A DNA stretch of 64,000 nt from an uncultured Pseudomonadota bacterium (GTDB lineage: Bacteria; Pseudomonadota; Alphaproteobacteria; Rhizobiales; Xanthobacteraceae), in contig CAWIHU010000009.1 in the NCBI GenBank assembly GCA_963836095.1, forward strand, positions 31,218 through 95,217, written 5' to 3'. Positions within the stretch are counted from its first letter, which is position 1, and every line of letters starts with the position of its first letter. Both the position numbers and the translations under genes were made by a program. Below are positions 18,868-28,931 of this stretch, piece after piece. The notes beneath the pieces are model-generated. The model made no database searches and was not told the DNA's origin. It was given only the letters and a program-made list of their open reading frames with translations.

Positions 18868-21564
18868 CTAACGGACTAAATCTTTCTCCCCCGCCCGTTC
18901 CAAAATCCCCCGCAGCTCCGGGACGCACGAGCCGCAATTGGTGCCGGCGCGGACGAGGCGGCCGATGTCGGCGACGCTCTTGGCGCCGCCGGTGGTGACG
19001 GCGTCGCGGATCGTCGCGCGGCCGACGCCGAAGCAGACGCAAACGACCGGGCCGGTTTCGGCGATGCCGTCGGCGCTGCGTCCCGACAGGATGAGGCGGC
19101 GCGCCTGCGGCGTGACCGTCTCGGCTTCGAATAACGGACGCACCATGTCCCAGCACGGCGGATTGTGCGCCGGTCCGATGAACAGGCAACTTTCGATGCG
19201 ATCGCCGCGAAACGCGGCCATGCGCACGAGGCCGCGGGGCCGATCGACATATTCGGCGAGTTCGGTGTCCGCCGGCATGACGGCGGGCGCGAGATCGCGC
19301 CAATCGTCGGGCGGCGTGTTGGTCGCGAACAACAGGCCCTCGCCGCCGGCGACGGCGACGCGCGCGAACCAAGTTTCTTCCGGCAGCGTCATCGGGCGAC
19401 GCGCCAGCGCAAATCCGCGATAGGCGAACTCGACCGGATCGGCGCGCGCGGGCGTCGCTTTCAGCTCCGGCTGACCGGACCATGGATCGTTGTCCGCCAT
19501 GGCCAAGGCGCCGGCGTGCGCGTGGGCCGCCGTCGCGTCGCTCCAGTGGATCGGTGCGAAGATCGAGCCGCGCCGCTGTTTCTCCGACACCGCGACCTTG
19601 AAGACCGCGCTGCCATGGCGCGTCGTGACCTTGGCGAAGCCGCCGTCGCGCAGCGTTGCCCGCGCGGCGTCGGCGGGATGAATCTCGACGCAGGGCTCGG
19701 GCGAATGGGCGCACAGCCGCGGACTTTTGCCGGTGCGCGTCATCGTGTGCCACTGGTCGCGGACGCGGCCGGAATTGAGGCGGAACGGAAACGCCGCGTT
19801 GGTCGCCGCGCGCGGCTTCGGCACCTCCGGCGCGACGAAGCGCGCGCGCCGGTCGGGCGTGAAAAACCCGCCGCCGCCGAAGAACCGCGGTTCGCCCTTG
19901 GTCGCGCCGGCCGGCGCCGGCCACAGCGTCGCGTCGAGGCCGTCGTAAGCCGCGTCCGACAGCGTCGCGAGCGCGCCGATGTCGAAGTCGCGCGCGCCGT
20001 TATTCTCGAAGCCGGACAGCGCGGCATGTTCGCGAAAGATGTCCGCCGGGTTGTCGTAGGTGAAGGCGTTCTTAAAACCGAGGCGCTGCGCCACCTGCGT
20101 GACGATCCACCAATCCGGCTGCGCTTCCCCCGGCAACGGCAGGAAGGCGCGCTGCCGCGACAGACGCCGTTCCGAATTGGTGACGGTGCCGTCCTTCTCG
20201 CCCCAGGCGGCGGCCGGCAAGAGGACGTGCGCGCCCGCCGCCACGGTATCGTTGTCGACGACATTTTCGGAGCAAACAAACAGTTCGAGCTTCTTCAGCG
20301 CGGCGCGCGCGGCGCCGGCGCGCGGCAGCGACACCGCGGGATTGGTCGCCATCACCCACAGCGCCTTGATCTCGCCGTGCTCGACCGCATCGAACATGTC
20401 GACGGCTTTGAGGCCGGGCTTGGTCGCGAGCCGCGGCGCCTGCCAGAAGCGGCGGACGCGATCGGCGTCGGGCGAGGAAAAATCCATGTGCGCGGCGAGC
20501 TGATTGGCGAGCCCGCCGACCTCGCGGCCGCCCATGGCATTGGGCTGGCCGGTCAGCGAGAACGGCCCCATGCCGGGCCGGCCGATGCGTCCGGTGGCGA
20601 GGTGAACATTGATGATGGCGTTGACCTTGTCGGTCCCCTGCGCCGATTGATTGACGCCCTGCGAGAAGCAGGTGACGGCGCGCTCGGTCTTGCGGAACAG
20701 TTCGAAGAAGCGCGCGACGTCGGCGCGCTGCAGCCCGGCGACGCGCGCGGTCGCGGCGATGTCGCGCGCGATCTCGCGGGCGCGCACCAGCGCCTCGACG
20801 AAGCCGGTGGTGTGGCGGTCGATATAGAGTTCGTTCAATGCGAGCGTATCGGCGAGGTGGGCGAGCAGGCCGCAGAACAGCGCGGTATCCATGCCCGGCG
20901 CGATCGGCAGGAACAGGTCGGCTTCGTCCGCCGTCGGCGTGCGCCGTGGATCGATGACGACGAGCTTGGTGCCGCGCGCGCGCTTGGCCGCCATCATGCG
21001 CTGATAAAGCACCGGATGGCACCACGCCGCGTTCGACCCGACCAGCACGATGAGGTCGGCCTCGTCGAGATCCTGATAGATGCCGGGCACGGTGTCGGCG
21101 CCGAAGGCGCGGCGATGACCGGCGACCGCCGAGGCCATGCACAGCCGCGAATTGGTATCGACGTTGCTTGAGCCGAGAAAGCCTTTCATCAGCTTGTTGG
21201 CGACGTAATAGTCCTCGGTCAGCAACTGGCCGGACAGATAGAACGCCACCGCATCCGGGCCGTCGCGGTCGATGATGGCGCGAAAGCCGGTCGCGACCTT
21301 GTCGAGCGCCGTATCCCAGGCGACGCGGGCGAGCGACCCGTCGTCCTGCCGCAGCATCGGGTGCAAGAGGCGGCCCTCGAGCGCCAGCGTTTCGCCAAGC
21401 GCCGAACCCTTCGAGCACAGCCGTCCGAGATTGGCCGGATGGACCGGATCGCCCGATATCGTGGTGGCGCCGTTGCGGTCCGATACCGCGAGCACGCCGC
21501 AGCCGACGCCGCAATAGGGACAGGTGGTGCGCACGGCCTGCGGATGGGGCGGCAGAGCGTTCAT
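18868..21564 (-). CDS. nasC: Assimilatory nitrate reductase catalytic subunit (molybdopterin oxidoreductase with C-terminal BFD-like [2Fe-2S] domain)
   Basis: 898 aa. N-terminal 4Fe-4S motif TTCPYCGVGCGVL, MopB domains, and a C-terminal CVCFGV...GTNCGSCVPEL motif. Confidence 0.95.
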   Translation of the reverse strand: MNALPPHPQAVRTTCPYCGVGCGVLAVSDRNGATTISGDPVHPANLGRLCSKGSALGETLALEGRLLHPMLRQDDGSLARVAWDTALDKVATGFRAIIDRDGPDAVAFYLSGQLLTEDYYVANKLMKGFLGSSNVDTNSRLCMASAVAGHRRAFGADTVPGIYQDLDEADLIVLVGSNAAWCHPVLYQRMMAAKRARGTKLVVIDPRRTPTADEADLFLPIAPGMDTALFCGLLAHLADTLALNELYIDRHTTGFVEALVRAREIARDIAATARVAGLQRADVARFFELFRKTERAVTCFSQGVNQSAQGTDKVNAIINVHLATGRIGRPGMGPFSLTGQPNAMGGREVGGLANQLAAHMDFSSPDADRVRRFWQAPRLATKPGLKAVDMFDAVEHGEIKALWVMATNPAVSLPRAGAARAALKKLELFVCSENVVDNDTVAAGAHVLLPAAAWGEKDGTVTNSERRLSRQRAFLPLPGEAQPDWWIVTQVAQRLGFKNAFTYDNPADIFREHAALSGFENNGARDFDIGALATLSDAAYDGLDATLWPAPAGATKGEPRFFGGGGFFTPDRRARFVAPEVPKPRAATNAAFPFRLNSGRVRDQWHTMTRTGKSPRLCAHSPEPCVEIHPADAARATLRDGGFAKVTTRHGSAVFKVAVSEKQRRGSIFAPIHWSDATAAHAHAGALAMADNDPWSGQPELKATPARADPVEFAYRGFALARRPMTLPEETWFARVAVAGGEGLLFATNTPPDDWRDLAPAVMPADTELAEYVDRPRGLVRMAAFRGDRIESCLFIGPAHNPPCWDMVRPLFEAETVTPQARRLILSGRSADGIAETGPVVCVCFGVGRATIRDAVTTGGAKSVADIGRLVRAGTNCGSCVPELRGILERAGEKDLVR

Positions 21565-21577
21565 GACGCGCGCCGCT

Positions 21578-22792
21578 TCAAGCGGCCTGCCGTTCGGCCA
21601 GCGCGCGGCCGAATATCAGATCGTCGCGGAAATTTTCGATCGCGGCGCCGGAGCGGATGAGATCGAGATACCAGAGCGCGTCGGTCGTATCGCCATAAAG
21701 CACGGCGCCGACGAGACGGCCGTCGGCGACAACGAGCTTCCTGTAGCAGCCGAGGCCCTGATCGCTGAAGATGATGTCCTCGGTGCCGGATCCGCCGAGA
21801 AAATCGCCGGCCGAGAACACGTTGACGCCTGAGACTTTCAGATTGGCGGCGTTGACGCTGCCGCGGTAGCAGGCGTCGCGCCCGGCGAGGCGCTCGGCGA
21901 GCACGCGGGCCTGCTCGTTGGCGGGCTCGACCAGGCCGTAGCAGACGCCGCGGTGTTCGGCGCATTCGCCGATGGCGAATACGTCCGCCGTGGTGGTGGC
22001 GAGATGATCGTCGACGATGATGCCGCGCTTGACGGCGAGCCCGGCGGCCTTGGCGATTTCCGCGTTCGGCGTGATGCCGACGGCGACCACGGCGAGATCC
22101 GCCGCGAGGACGCGGCCATCCTTCAGCGCGACCGCTTCCACATGATCGTCGCCGACGAAATGCGAGGTGGCCGCGTCGAGCATCACGTCGATGCCTTTGG
22201 CTTCGAGCGCGCGCTCGAGCAGCGCGGCGGCGCGGGCGTCGAGCTGGCGCTCCATCAGCCGGTCCATCAGATGAAGGAGCGTCACGGCGGCGCCGGCCTT
22301 GGCGAGACCGTAAGCGGCTTCGATGCCGAGGAGGCCGCCGCCGATGACGACGGCGCGCGCGCCGCGGCCCGCCGCCCGCGTCATCGAGGCAACGTCGCCC
22401 ATGTCGCGGAACGTCAGCACTCCGCGCAGTCCGGCGCCCGGGATCGGCAGGCGGATCGCGCGCGAGCCGGTGGCGAACACCAGCTTGGCGAACGGCAATT
22501 GCTTGCCGTCGGCGAGCGTGACGCGGCGCGCGGCCATGTCGGCTTCGGTCACGCCGGCGCCGTAGCACAGCGTGACGCCGCGGTCCTTCCACCAGCTCGC
22601 CGTCTTGAGCGCAATGTCGTTCGCGGAAACCTCGCCGGCCAGCACCGACGACAGCAGCACGCGATTATAGGCGAGCCGCGGCTCCTCGCCGATCAGCGCG
22701 ATGGCGTAGCGGCCGAGCGCGCGCTGCGCGAGTTCTTCGCACAGCCGGGCGGCCGCCATGCCGTTGCCGACAATGATCAGCGGCTCGCTCAT
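21578..22792 (-). CDS. FAD-dependent NAD(P)H oxidoreductase, electron donor to the nitrate reductase/globin (Flp-like; NirB N-terminal-like)
   Basis: 404 aa. MSEPLIIVGNGMAAARLCEEL (GxGxxA FAD fold) and a second dinucleotide fold VVIGGGLLGIEAA. It sits between the globin and nasC. Confidence 0.85.
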   Translation of the reverse strand: MSEPLIIVGNGMAAARLCEELAQRALGRYAIALIGEEPRLAYNRVLLSSVLAGEVSANDIALKTASWWKDRGVTLCYGAGVTEADMAARRVTLADGKQLPFAKLVFATGSRAIRLPIPGAGLRGVLTFRDMGDVASMTRAAGRGARAVVIGGGLLGIEAAYGLAKAGAAVTLLHLMDRLMERQLDARAAALLERALEAKGIDVMLDAATSHFVGDDHVEAVALKDGRVLAADLAVVAVGITPNAEIAKAAGLAVKRGIIVDDHLATTTADVFAIGECAEHRGVCYGLVEPANEQARVLAERLAGRDACYRGSVNAANLKVSGVNVFSAGDFLGGSGTEDIIFSDQGLGCYRKLVVADGRLVGAVLYGDTTDALWYLDLIRSGAAIENFRDDLIFGRALAERQAA

Positions 22793-22801
22793 GGCGCGCG
22801 C

Positions 22802-23227
22802 CTATTCGGCGGCGGCGCTGCGGCCATAGGCCTCGCCGATCATGAATTCCGACAGCGTGGTGTAGGCGGCGCCCCAGGCCGCGGCGAGGCTCGGCGTCCA
22901 ATCCGCGCCCAGGCCCTTTTCCAGCGTCCATAACAGCGCGGCGCCGACGGGGGCGTAATCACTCGCCTTGACGCCATAGTCGACATGGCGCTTGGCGAGC
23001 GCGCTCGCGGCCGGCAGCACGCTTTCCAGATTGCTCAACCCGTTGACCACGACCGCCAGCGTTCCCATCAGCTTGCGCCCCTGTTCCTTCATGTCGCCGT
23101 GGAACAGCGGCTTGACGGCAGGCGCGATCTCGAACAGCCGGCCGTAGAACAGTTCGGCGGCCTGCTCGGAGATCGGCGCGACCTTGCTGAAACTTTCCTG
23201 AATCGCTTTCACTTGGTCCGGTGTCAT
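22802..23227 (-). CDS. Single-domain haemoglobin (Bjgb-like NO-detoxifying globin)
   Basis: 141 aa. MTPDQVKAIQESFSKVAPISEQAAELFYGRLFEIAPAVKPLF...LAKRHVDYGV carries the globin E/F helix signature. Confidence 0.85.
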   Translation of the reverse strand: MTPDQVKAIQESFSKVAPISEQAAELFYGRLFEIAPAVKPLFHGDMKEQGRKLMGTLAVVVNGLSNLESVLPAASALAKRHVDYGVKASDYAPVGAALLWTLEKGLGADWTPSLAAAWGAAYTTLSEFMIGEAYGRSAAAE

Positions 23228-23293
23228 GGCTGCTCTCCTCTGTTCCCCGGCCCTCTCGTCAGATCATTTGCGATGCGGGCCGCTCATGCCGCC

Positions 23294-24682
23294 TCACACG
23301 CGCGCTTGCGCGAGAGTGGCTCCGCGTGGCGCCAGGAAGGTCTTGCGCAGGTAGTACCACCACGTCAGCGCCAGGCAGGCGGCGTAGAACACCAGATAGA
23401 ATTCGAGCGCCAGGTGCGGGCCGCCGGTCGCGGCGATCGAGGCGCCGAAGCCGCGTGGAATGAGGTAGCCGCCGCAGGCGCCGAGCGCGCCGATGAAGCC
23501 GAGCGCGGCACCGCTTTCGATGCCGGCGGCGCTCAAGGCGAGCGCGCGGCCGGCTTCGCCCGCGCCCTTGGCTTGCCGAAGCTTCTCCTCGCGGAAGATC
23601 GAGGGGATCATCCGGTAGGTCGAGCCGTTGCCGATCCCGGTGGTGATGAACAGCACGAGAAACATCGCCAGGAAGCCGCCGAATTCCTTGGCGTCGACGA
23701 AATAGATGACGCCGATGGTCGCGGCGCCCATGGCGATGAAATTCCAGAACGTGACGATCGCGCCGCCGACCTTGTCGGCGAGGAGGCCGCCGAGCGGCCG
23801 CGACAGCGAGCCGACCAGCGGGCCGAGGAACGCGATGCCGATGCTGACCGCGGGGAACTGCGTCTTGATCAACAGCGGGAACGCCGCGGAGTAGCCGATG
23901 AAGGAGCCGAACGTCCCGATATAGATGATGGACATGATCCAGGTGTGCTTGCGTCCGACGATCGCGAGCTGATCCTTGAACGTCGAGCGCGCCGTGGTCA
24001 GGTTGTTCATGAAGAAGACGGCGCCGAACACGGCGATCGCGAGCGGGATGAGCCACATCAGGCCGGCGTTCTGCAGATAGACGCCGCCGGCGCTCGGCGT
24101 GCCCTGATAAAGATTGACGATGCCGAGCCCCATGATGATCGGCGTCAACAGTTGCACGCTCGAGACGCCGATATTGCCGCCGGCGGCGTTGAGGCCGAGC
24201 GCCCAGCCCTTCATGCGGTCGGGGTAGAAGAAGGAAATGTTGGTCATGCTGGAGGCGAAGTTGCCGCCGCCGAGTCCGGCGAGCGCCGCCACCGCCAGCA
24301 TCACCGCGTAGGGCGTGTCGGGCTTGGTGACGAAATACGCGAGCGCGATGGTCGGGATGAAGAGCACCGACGCGCTGAAGATGGTCCAGTTGCGGCCGCC
24401 GAAGGTCGTGACCGCGAACGTATAAGGGAACCGCATCAGCGAGCCGATCAGGCCCGGCAGCGCCACCAGCTCGAACAGTTGATCGGTGGTGAAGTGGAAG
24501 CCGGCCTGCGGCAATTTGGTCGCGACGATGCTCCAGGTGAGCCAGATCGAGAAGCCGATGTGCTCGGCGACGATCGACCAGATCAGATTGCGGCGCGCAA
24601 TGGACTTGCCCGTGGATTGCCAGAATTTGGCGTCGTCGGGATTCCAGTCCGCAATCCAGGTCGTGTTCGGCTTGCTCATCAT
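23294..24682 (-). CDS. narK: MFS nitrate/nitrite transporter
   Basis: 462 aa with 12 predicted TM segments. It contains the nitrate/nitrite porter signature regions (GGNFASSMTNISFFYP, GAGNIG-like AAGGNIGVS). Confidence 0.9.
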   Translation of the reverse strand: MMSKPNTTWIADWNPDDAKFWQSTGKSIARRNLIWSIVAEHIGFSIWLTWSIVATKLPQAGFHFTTDQLFELVALPGLIGSLMRFPYTFAVTTFGGRNWTIFSASVLFIPTIALAYFVTKPDTPYAVMLAVAALAGLGGGNFASSMTNISFFYPDRMKGWALGLNAAGGNIGVSSVQLLTPIIMGLGIVNLYQGTPSAGGVYLQNAGLMWLIPLAIAVFGAVFFMNNLTTARSTFKDQLAIVGRKHTWIMSIIYIGTFGSFIGYSAAFPLLIKTQFPAVSIGIAFLGPLVGSLSRPLGGLLADKVGGAIVTFWNFIAMGAATIGVIYFVDAKEFGGFLAMFLVLFITTGIGNGSTYRMIPSIFREEKLRQAKGAGEAGRALALSAAGIESGAALGFIGALGACGGYLIPRGFGASIAATGGPHLALEFYLVFYAACLALTWWYYLRKTFLAPRGATLAQARV

Positions 24683-24750
24683 TTCCGTCCTTTTCCGTCC
24701 TTACGATGCCGCAGCCGCTCGTCGCGTCGGCCAAGGCTCGCGTTCGACCA

Positions 24751-24790
24751 ATAAAAAGCCGCCCCCGGAGAAGGCGCTGGCGCTTCCTCC
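24751..24790 (-). terminator. Leader terminator/attenuator candidate upstream of narK
   Basis: On the minus strand: GGAGGAAGCG-CCAG-CGCCUUCUCC hairpin, then GGGGGCGGC and UUUUUAUU. It lies about 70 nt before the narK ATG and downstream of nasS. Confidence 0.5.
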
Positions 24791-24792
24791 AG

Positions 24793-24810
24793 GACAGCGG
24801 CGTTGCTGTC
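24793..24810 (-). promoter_or_regulatory. ANTAR-type hexaloop hairpin candidate (putative NasT target) in the narK leader
   Basis: On the minus strand: GACAGC-AACGCC-GCUGUC, a 6-bp stem whose hexaloop has A at position 1 and G at position 4. It sits immediately 5' of the terminator. Its GCCGC can alternatively pair with the GCGGC preceding the U-tract. Confidence 0.4.
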
Positions 24811-25014
24811 GGCCCGTCATTGGACTGATTTGGCGCTGCTCGAGCGGCAGCCACCGCACACATGTATTCAAGCTTCGTGCCAACGCGAGCGATCACGAAA
24901 AACGCCTGCGAATTCGCATCAATGAGCGGTAAGGAAAAACTGAAATCTCAGCCGCGTGCTCAGCGCAGCCGCACCGGTGAGGAAATTTTGTGCATTGCGA
25001 AAGCTGCCGGATCT

Positions 25015-26178
25015 TTACGACGGCGAATTTTGTTCGGCGTTCTCGGCCACGATATTTTCGGCATCGAACGGCGGACCGGTAAATGCGCCGATGCGATCGG
25101 GCGGGCCGGCAGGCGGGCGCGTGTTCGGTCCGAACGCCGCATCGTAGAGGTCGGGGCGGAAGCAGGCCTTGGCGGCGGCGAGAAGCTCGGCGGACAGCGG
25201 CGCTTGTTTCCAGCGCACCATCTGCGCGTAGAGCCAGGCGGCGTGCACCGGTTCGGGGCGCGCGGCGCCGTCGCGGCCGATCAGCATGTAGCTTGGGTCC
25301 GACCGGTCGGTGCCGTCGGGGCCGATCGGCAAGCGGCCCTGAAGCGTCGCGCGGATGAGCTGCGGCGCGACGCCGACGCGATTGGGCGCGGCGATCAGCG
25401 CGGCGACCTCGTCGAGATGCGCCGGATCGTTGATGAAGGCGGCGGCGCGGTCGAGCGCCCGCAACAAAAGCTGCAGTTCGTCGCCATGCTGCGCCACCCA
25501 TGCCGCGCGCACGGCCAGCGCCTTTTCCGGCGCGCGGACGATGATGTCGCTGCCGAAATGCAGGATATGCCCAATGCCTAATTCGACCGCGACCGAGTTC
25601 CACGGCGCGCCGACGCAAAAGCCGTCGACCTGGCGGCTCGCCAGGCTTTCCACCATGTAGGGCGGCGGCAGCACCACCAGCCGCAAATCCTCGTCCGGAT
25701 CGACGCCGCCGGCCGCCATCCAGAACCGCAGCAGATAATTGTGCATCGAGAACGGAAAGGTCATGCCGAACACCAGCGGTTCGGCGCCGCGCTTGCGCCG
25801 TTGCGCGACGACGCGCGCGAGCGCGAGCGCCGATACCTGCGGATTTGAAAGATCGCCGTCCGCGGCCGCTGCGAGCGCTGCGTGCAGGGCGGGCGAAACC
25901 GTGATGGCGTTGCCGTTGAGCCCGAGCATGAACGGCGCGACCAGCGGCACCTTGACGTGGCCGATGCCGAGGCTCGAGGCGATGGCGACCGGCGCCAACA
26001 GATGCGCGGCATCGAACAAGCCGATATTGAGCTTGTCGCGCACGTTCGACCAGGAAATTTCCCGCACCAGGTCGATCGCCAAGCCGTGCTCGGCGGCAAA
26101 GCCCTTGTCGACGGCGACGATCAATGCCGCCGCGTCGGCGAGCGGGATGAAACCGATGCGCAGGCGATGCTCGGTCAT
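25015..26178 (-). CDS. nasS: Nitrate/nitrite sensor protein NasS (NrtA/SsuA-like periplasmic-binding fold, cytoplasmic)
   Basis: ATG at 26178 overlaps the nasT stop (ATGA). The protein begins MTEHRLRIGFIPLADAAALIVAVDKGFAAEHGL and shows the NMT1/NrtA-like pattern with no signal peptide. Confidence 0.85.
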   Translation of the reverse strand: MTEHRLRIGFIPLADAAALIVAVDKGFAAEHGLAIDLVREISWSNVRDKLNIGLFDAAHLLAPVAIASSLGIGHVKVPLVAPFMLGLNGNAITVSPALHAALAAAADGDLSNPQVSALALARVVAQRRKRGAEPLVFGMTFPFSMHNYLLRFWMAAGGVDPDEDLRLVVLPPPYMVESLASRQVDGFCVGAPWNSVAVELGIGHILHFGSDIIVRAPEKALAVRAAWVAQHGDELQLLLRALDRAAAFINDPAHLDEVAALIAAPNRVGVAPQLIRATLQGRLPIGPDGTDRSDPSYMLIGRDGAARPEPVHAAWLYAQMVRWKQAPLSAELLAAAKACFRPDLYDAAFGPNTRPPAGPPDRIGAFTGPPFDAENIVAENAEQNSPS

Positions 26179-26765
26179 TTCAACAGCTCCGCGGCGGTCA
26201 CCACCGACTGCGCGACGTCGATGATCTTCTTGTTCTCGTTCATGGCGGTCTTGCGCAGCAGCGAATACGCGTCGGCCTCGCCGATGTTGCGGATTTTCAT
26301 CAGAACGCCCTTGGCGCGATCGATCACCTTGCGCTCGTTGAGCGCGGTCTGCGTGCGCTCGAGCTCGTCCTTGAGGCGGGCGAACGCGTTGAACCGCGAG
26401 ATGCACAGATCGAGGATGCTCTTGATGCGCTCCTTCTTGAGACCGTCGACGATGTAGGCGGAGACGCCGGCGTCGACGGCGGCCTCGATGGAGGCGGCGT
26501 CGCTCTGGTCGACGAACATGGCGATCGGCCGCTTCACCACGCGGCTGACCTGGAACATCTGCGCCAGCACGTCGCGGCTCGGGTTTTCCAGATCCATCAC
26601 GATGACGTCGGGGTCGAGGGCGTAGATGCGCGCCAAGAGTTGCGTCGTCTCTTCGATCAGGGTGACGTGGGTGTAGCCCGCCTCCCGCAGCCCGTCGGCG
26701 AGGATCGCGGCTCGCACCGGACTTTCATCGACCACGACGATTTTGAGCATGGGGTACATTGGCAA
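26175..26765 (-). CDS. nasT: ANTAR-domain response-regulator-like antiterminator NasT
   Basis: Receiver-like N-terminus (LKIVVVDESPVRAAILADGL) and a C-terminal ANTAR domain (LNERKVIDRAKGVLMKIRNIGEADAYSLLRKTAMNENKKIIDVAQ). The start is ambiguous: TTG 26765, ATG 26759 or ATG 26750. Confidence 0.9.
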   Translation of the reverse strand: MPMYPMLKIVVVDESPVRAAILADGLREAGYTHVTLIEETTQLLARIYALDPDVIVMDLENPSRDVLAQMFQVSRVVKRPIAMFVDQSDAASIEAAVDAGVSAYIVDGLKKERIKSILDLCISRFNAFARLKDELERTQTALNERKVIDRAKGVLMKIRNIGEADAYSLLRKTAMNENKKIIDVAQSVVTAAELLK

Positions 26766-27010
26766 TGTCTTGGGCAGCTTGTCTTGGGCAGCGGCGTTTG
26801 TGGCGGCGGAATGTCTGCGGTTCTAAACGGGCGCGGAATGCGCGCGTCGGACATGGTCTGCGCTTGTCGTCGTTCTTGATCGCAGATCGTCAGATGGAAC
26901 GCTGGTTATGGAACACGGGCCGATCGCTTCACAGGCTTGACCATGCAAGAGGCGTTCCACCCTGCGTCGGGCGGGGAAGCGGCGAAGCCTTTGTCATCCA
27001 TAGAGAAATT

Positions 27011-28909
27011 CTAGGCGTGCAGCCGGCGCGGTCTGACGCGGCGCTGCGGCTCTTGCGGCGCGGGCTCGGCGAACAGTTCGGCGAGCTTCTCCGTCATGAC
27101 GCCGCCGAGTTCCTCGGCGTCGACGATGGTCACGGCGCGCCGGTAATAGCGCGTTACGTCGTGGCCGATGCCGATGGCGATCAGTTCGACCGGCGAGCGG
27201 GTCTCGATGTCCTCGATCACCCAGCGCAGGTGCCGCTCCAGATAATTGCCGGGATTGACCGAGAGCGTCGAATCGTCGACCGGCGCGCCGTCGGAAATCA
27301 TCATCAGGATCTTGCGGCTCTCGGGGCGGGCAAGGAGGCGCTTGTGCGCCCAGTCGAGCGCCTCGCCGTCGATGTTCTCCTTGAGCAAACCTTCGCGCAT
27401 CATCAGGCCGAGATTCTTGCGCGAGCGGCGCCACGGCGCGTCGGCGGCCTTGTAGACGATGTGGCGCAGGTCGTTGAGACGGCCGGGATTGGCCGGCTTG
27501 CCTTGGGCGAGCCAGGCCTCGCGCGACTGCCCGCCCTTCCAGGCCCGCGTGGTGAAGCCGAGAATCTCCACCTTGACGCCGCAGCGCTCGAGCGTGCGCG
27601 CCAGGATGTCGGCGCAGGTGGCGGCGACCGTGATCGGCCGCCCGCGCATCGAGCCGGAATTGTCGAGCAGGAGCGTCACCACGGTGTCGCGGAAATCCGT
27701 GTCCTTCTCGTGCTTGAACGATAAGGGGTGCAGCGGATCGACGATGACGCGGGTGAGCCGCGAGGGGTCGAGCAAGCCTTCCTCGAGGTCGAATTCCCAC
27801 GCGCGGTTCTGCTGCGCCAGCAAGAGGCGTTGCAGCCGGTTGGCGAGCCGCGCCACCACGCCCTGGAGATGCGACAGCTGCTTGTCGAGATAGCCGCGCA
27901 GGCGGTCGAGCTCTTCCGGCTCGCACAAATCCTCGGCGCCGACGGTCTCGTCGAACTTGGCTATGAACGGCTTGTAATCGGGGCCGCGCGGCTCGTTGCG
28001 ATTGTGGCGCGGCCGCCACGGCTCGGCGGCGGTCTCCGAATCGCCGAGCTCGGCATCTTCGGCCATCTCGGCCGCGGGCGCGTCGACCGCTTCGGCCGCG
28101 CTCTCGGGCATTTCCTCGGTCGAGGGCTCGGCCTGATCGAGGCTGAGGCGCTCGCGATCGGCCGAGTCGGCGGACTCGCCGTCCTGGCCGGATTCGTCCG
28201 AGCGGTTGTCCTGCTCGCCCTCGTCGCTCTCGTCCTCGTCGCTTTCGCTCGATCGCTCCTCGCCCATGTCGAGGCAATCGAGCAGATCGTGCACCACGTC
28301 GCCGAACCGCCGCTGATCGTTGAGCACGCGCTCGAGCCGGTCGAGATTGCGGCCGGCGCGCTCTTCGATCAGCGGCCGCCACAGCTCGACCAGCTTGCGC
28401 GCCGCCGCCGGCGGCGCCTCGCCGGTCAGCCGTTCGCGCACCAGCATGGCGATGGCGTCCTCGATCGGCGCGTCGGCGCGGTCCGAGACCTCGTCGAACT
28501 TGCCGCGATGGAAGCGGTCGTCGAGCATGGCGTTGAGGTTCTTCGCCACGCCGCCCATGCGGCGCGAGCCGATCGCCTCGACCCGGGCCTGCTCGACCGC
28601 CTCGAACACCGCGCGCGCCTGCTGACCGCCGGGGATCAGCTTGCGGTGCACGGCGGGATCGTGACAAGCGAGCCGCAGCGCGATCGAATCGGCATGGCCG
28701 CGCACGATGGCGGCTTCGCGCTCGTTGAGCCGGCGCGACGGCTCCGGCAGCCGCGCCTTGGTGCCGGCCAGGCCGGGCCGCTCGGCGGCGAACGCGACCT
28801 CGATGTCGCTCTTGCCGGCGATCGCGCGCAGGCAGACGCCGACGGCGCGCTTGAACGGCTCGGTCGGCGCTTCTTTGGTCGGGCCTTTGGGTTTGATGTT
28901 CGAGGTCAT
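27011..28909 (-). CDS. cobT: Aerobic cobaltochelatase subunit CobT
   Basis: ATG at 28909 ([33 protein letters not shown]). It has an acidic central region and a C-terminal vWA-like domain ([17 protein letters not shown]). Confidence 0.9.
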   Translation of the reverse strand: MTSNIKPKGPTKEAPTEPFKRAVGVCLRAIAGKSDIEVAFAAERPGLAGTKARLPEPSRRLNEREAAIVRGHADSIALRLACHDPAVHRKLIPGGQQARAVFEAVEQARVEAIGSRRMGGVAKNLNAMLDDRFHRGKFDEVSDRADAPIEDAIAMLVRERLTGEAPPAAARKLVELWRPLIEERAGRNLDRLERVLNDQRRFGDVVHDLLDCLDMGEERSSESDEDESDEGEQDNRSDESGQDGESADSADRERLSLDQAEPSTEEMPESAAEAVDAPAAEMAEDAELGDSETAAEPWRPRHNRNEPRGPDYKPFIAKFDETVGAEDLCEPEELDRLRGYLDKQLSHLQGVVARLANRLQRLLLAQQNRAWEFDLEEGLLDPSRLTRVIVDPLHPLSFKHEKDTDFRDTVVTLLLDNSGSMRGRPITVAATCADILARTLERCGVKVEILGFTTRAWKGGQSREAWLAQGKPANPGRLNDLRHIVYKAADAPWRRSRKNLGLMMREGLLKENIDGEALDWAHKRLLARPESRKILMMISDGAPVDDSTLSVNPGNYLERHLRWVIEDIETRSPVELIAIGIGHDVTRYYRRAVTIVDAEELGGVMTEKLAELFAEPAPQEPQRRVRPRRLHA

Positions 28910-28931
28910 TAATCGACGGACTTTCTTCCGT

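Noticed and set aside
24907-24918. Perfect 12-bp palindrome TGCGAATTCGCA followed by a T-run in the nasS-narK spacer, considered as a terminator
   Set aside because: As RNA it can form only a 4-bp stem with a tetraloop, and the U-run is separated from it by GGCG. It also lies upstream of the sigma54-like promoter candidate. It is more likely a chance palindrome or a protein-binding site.
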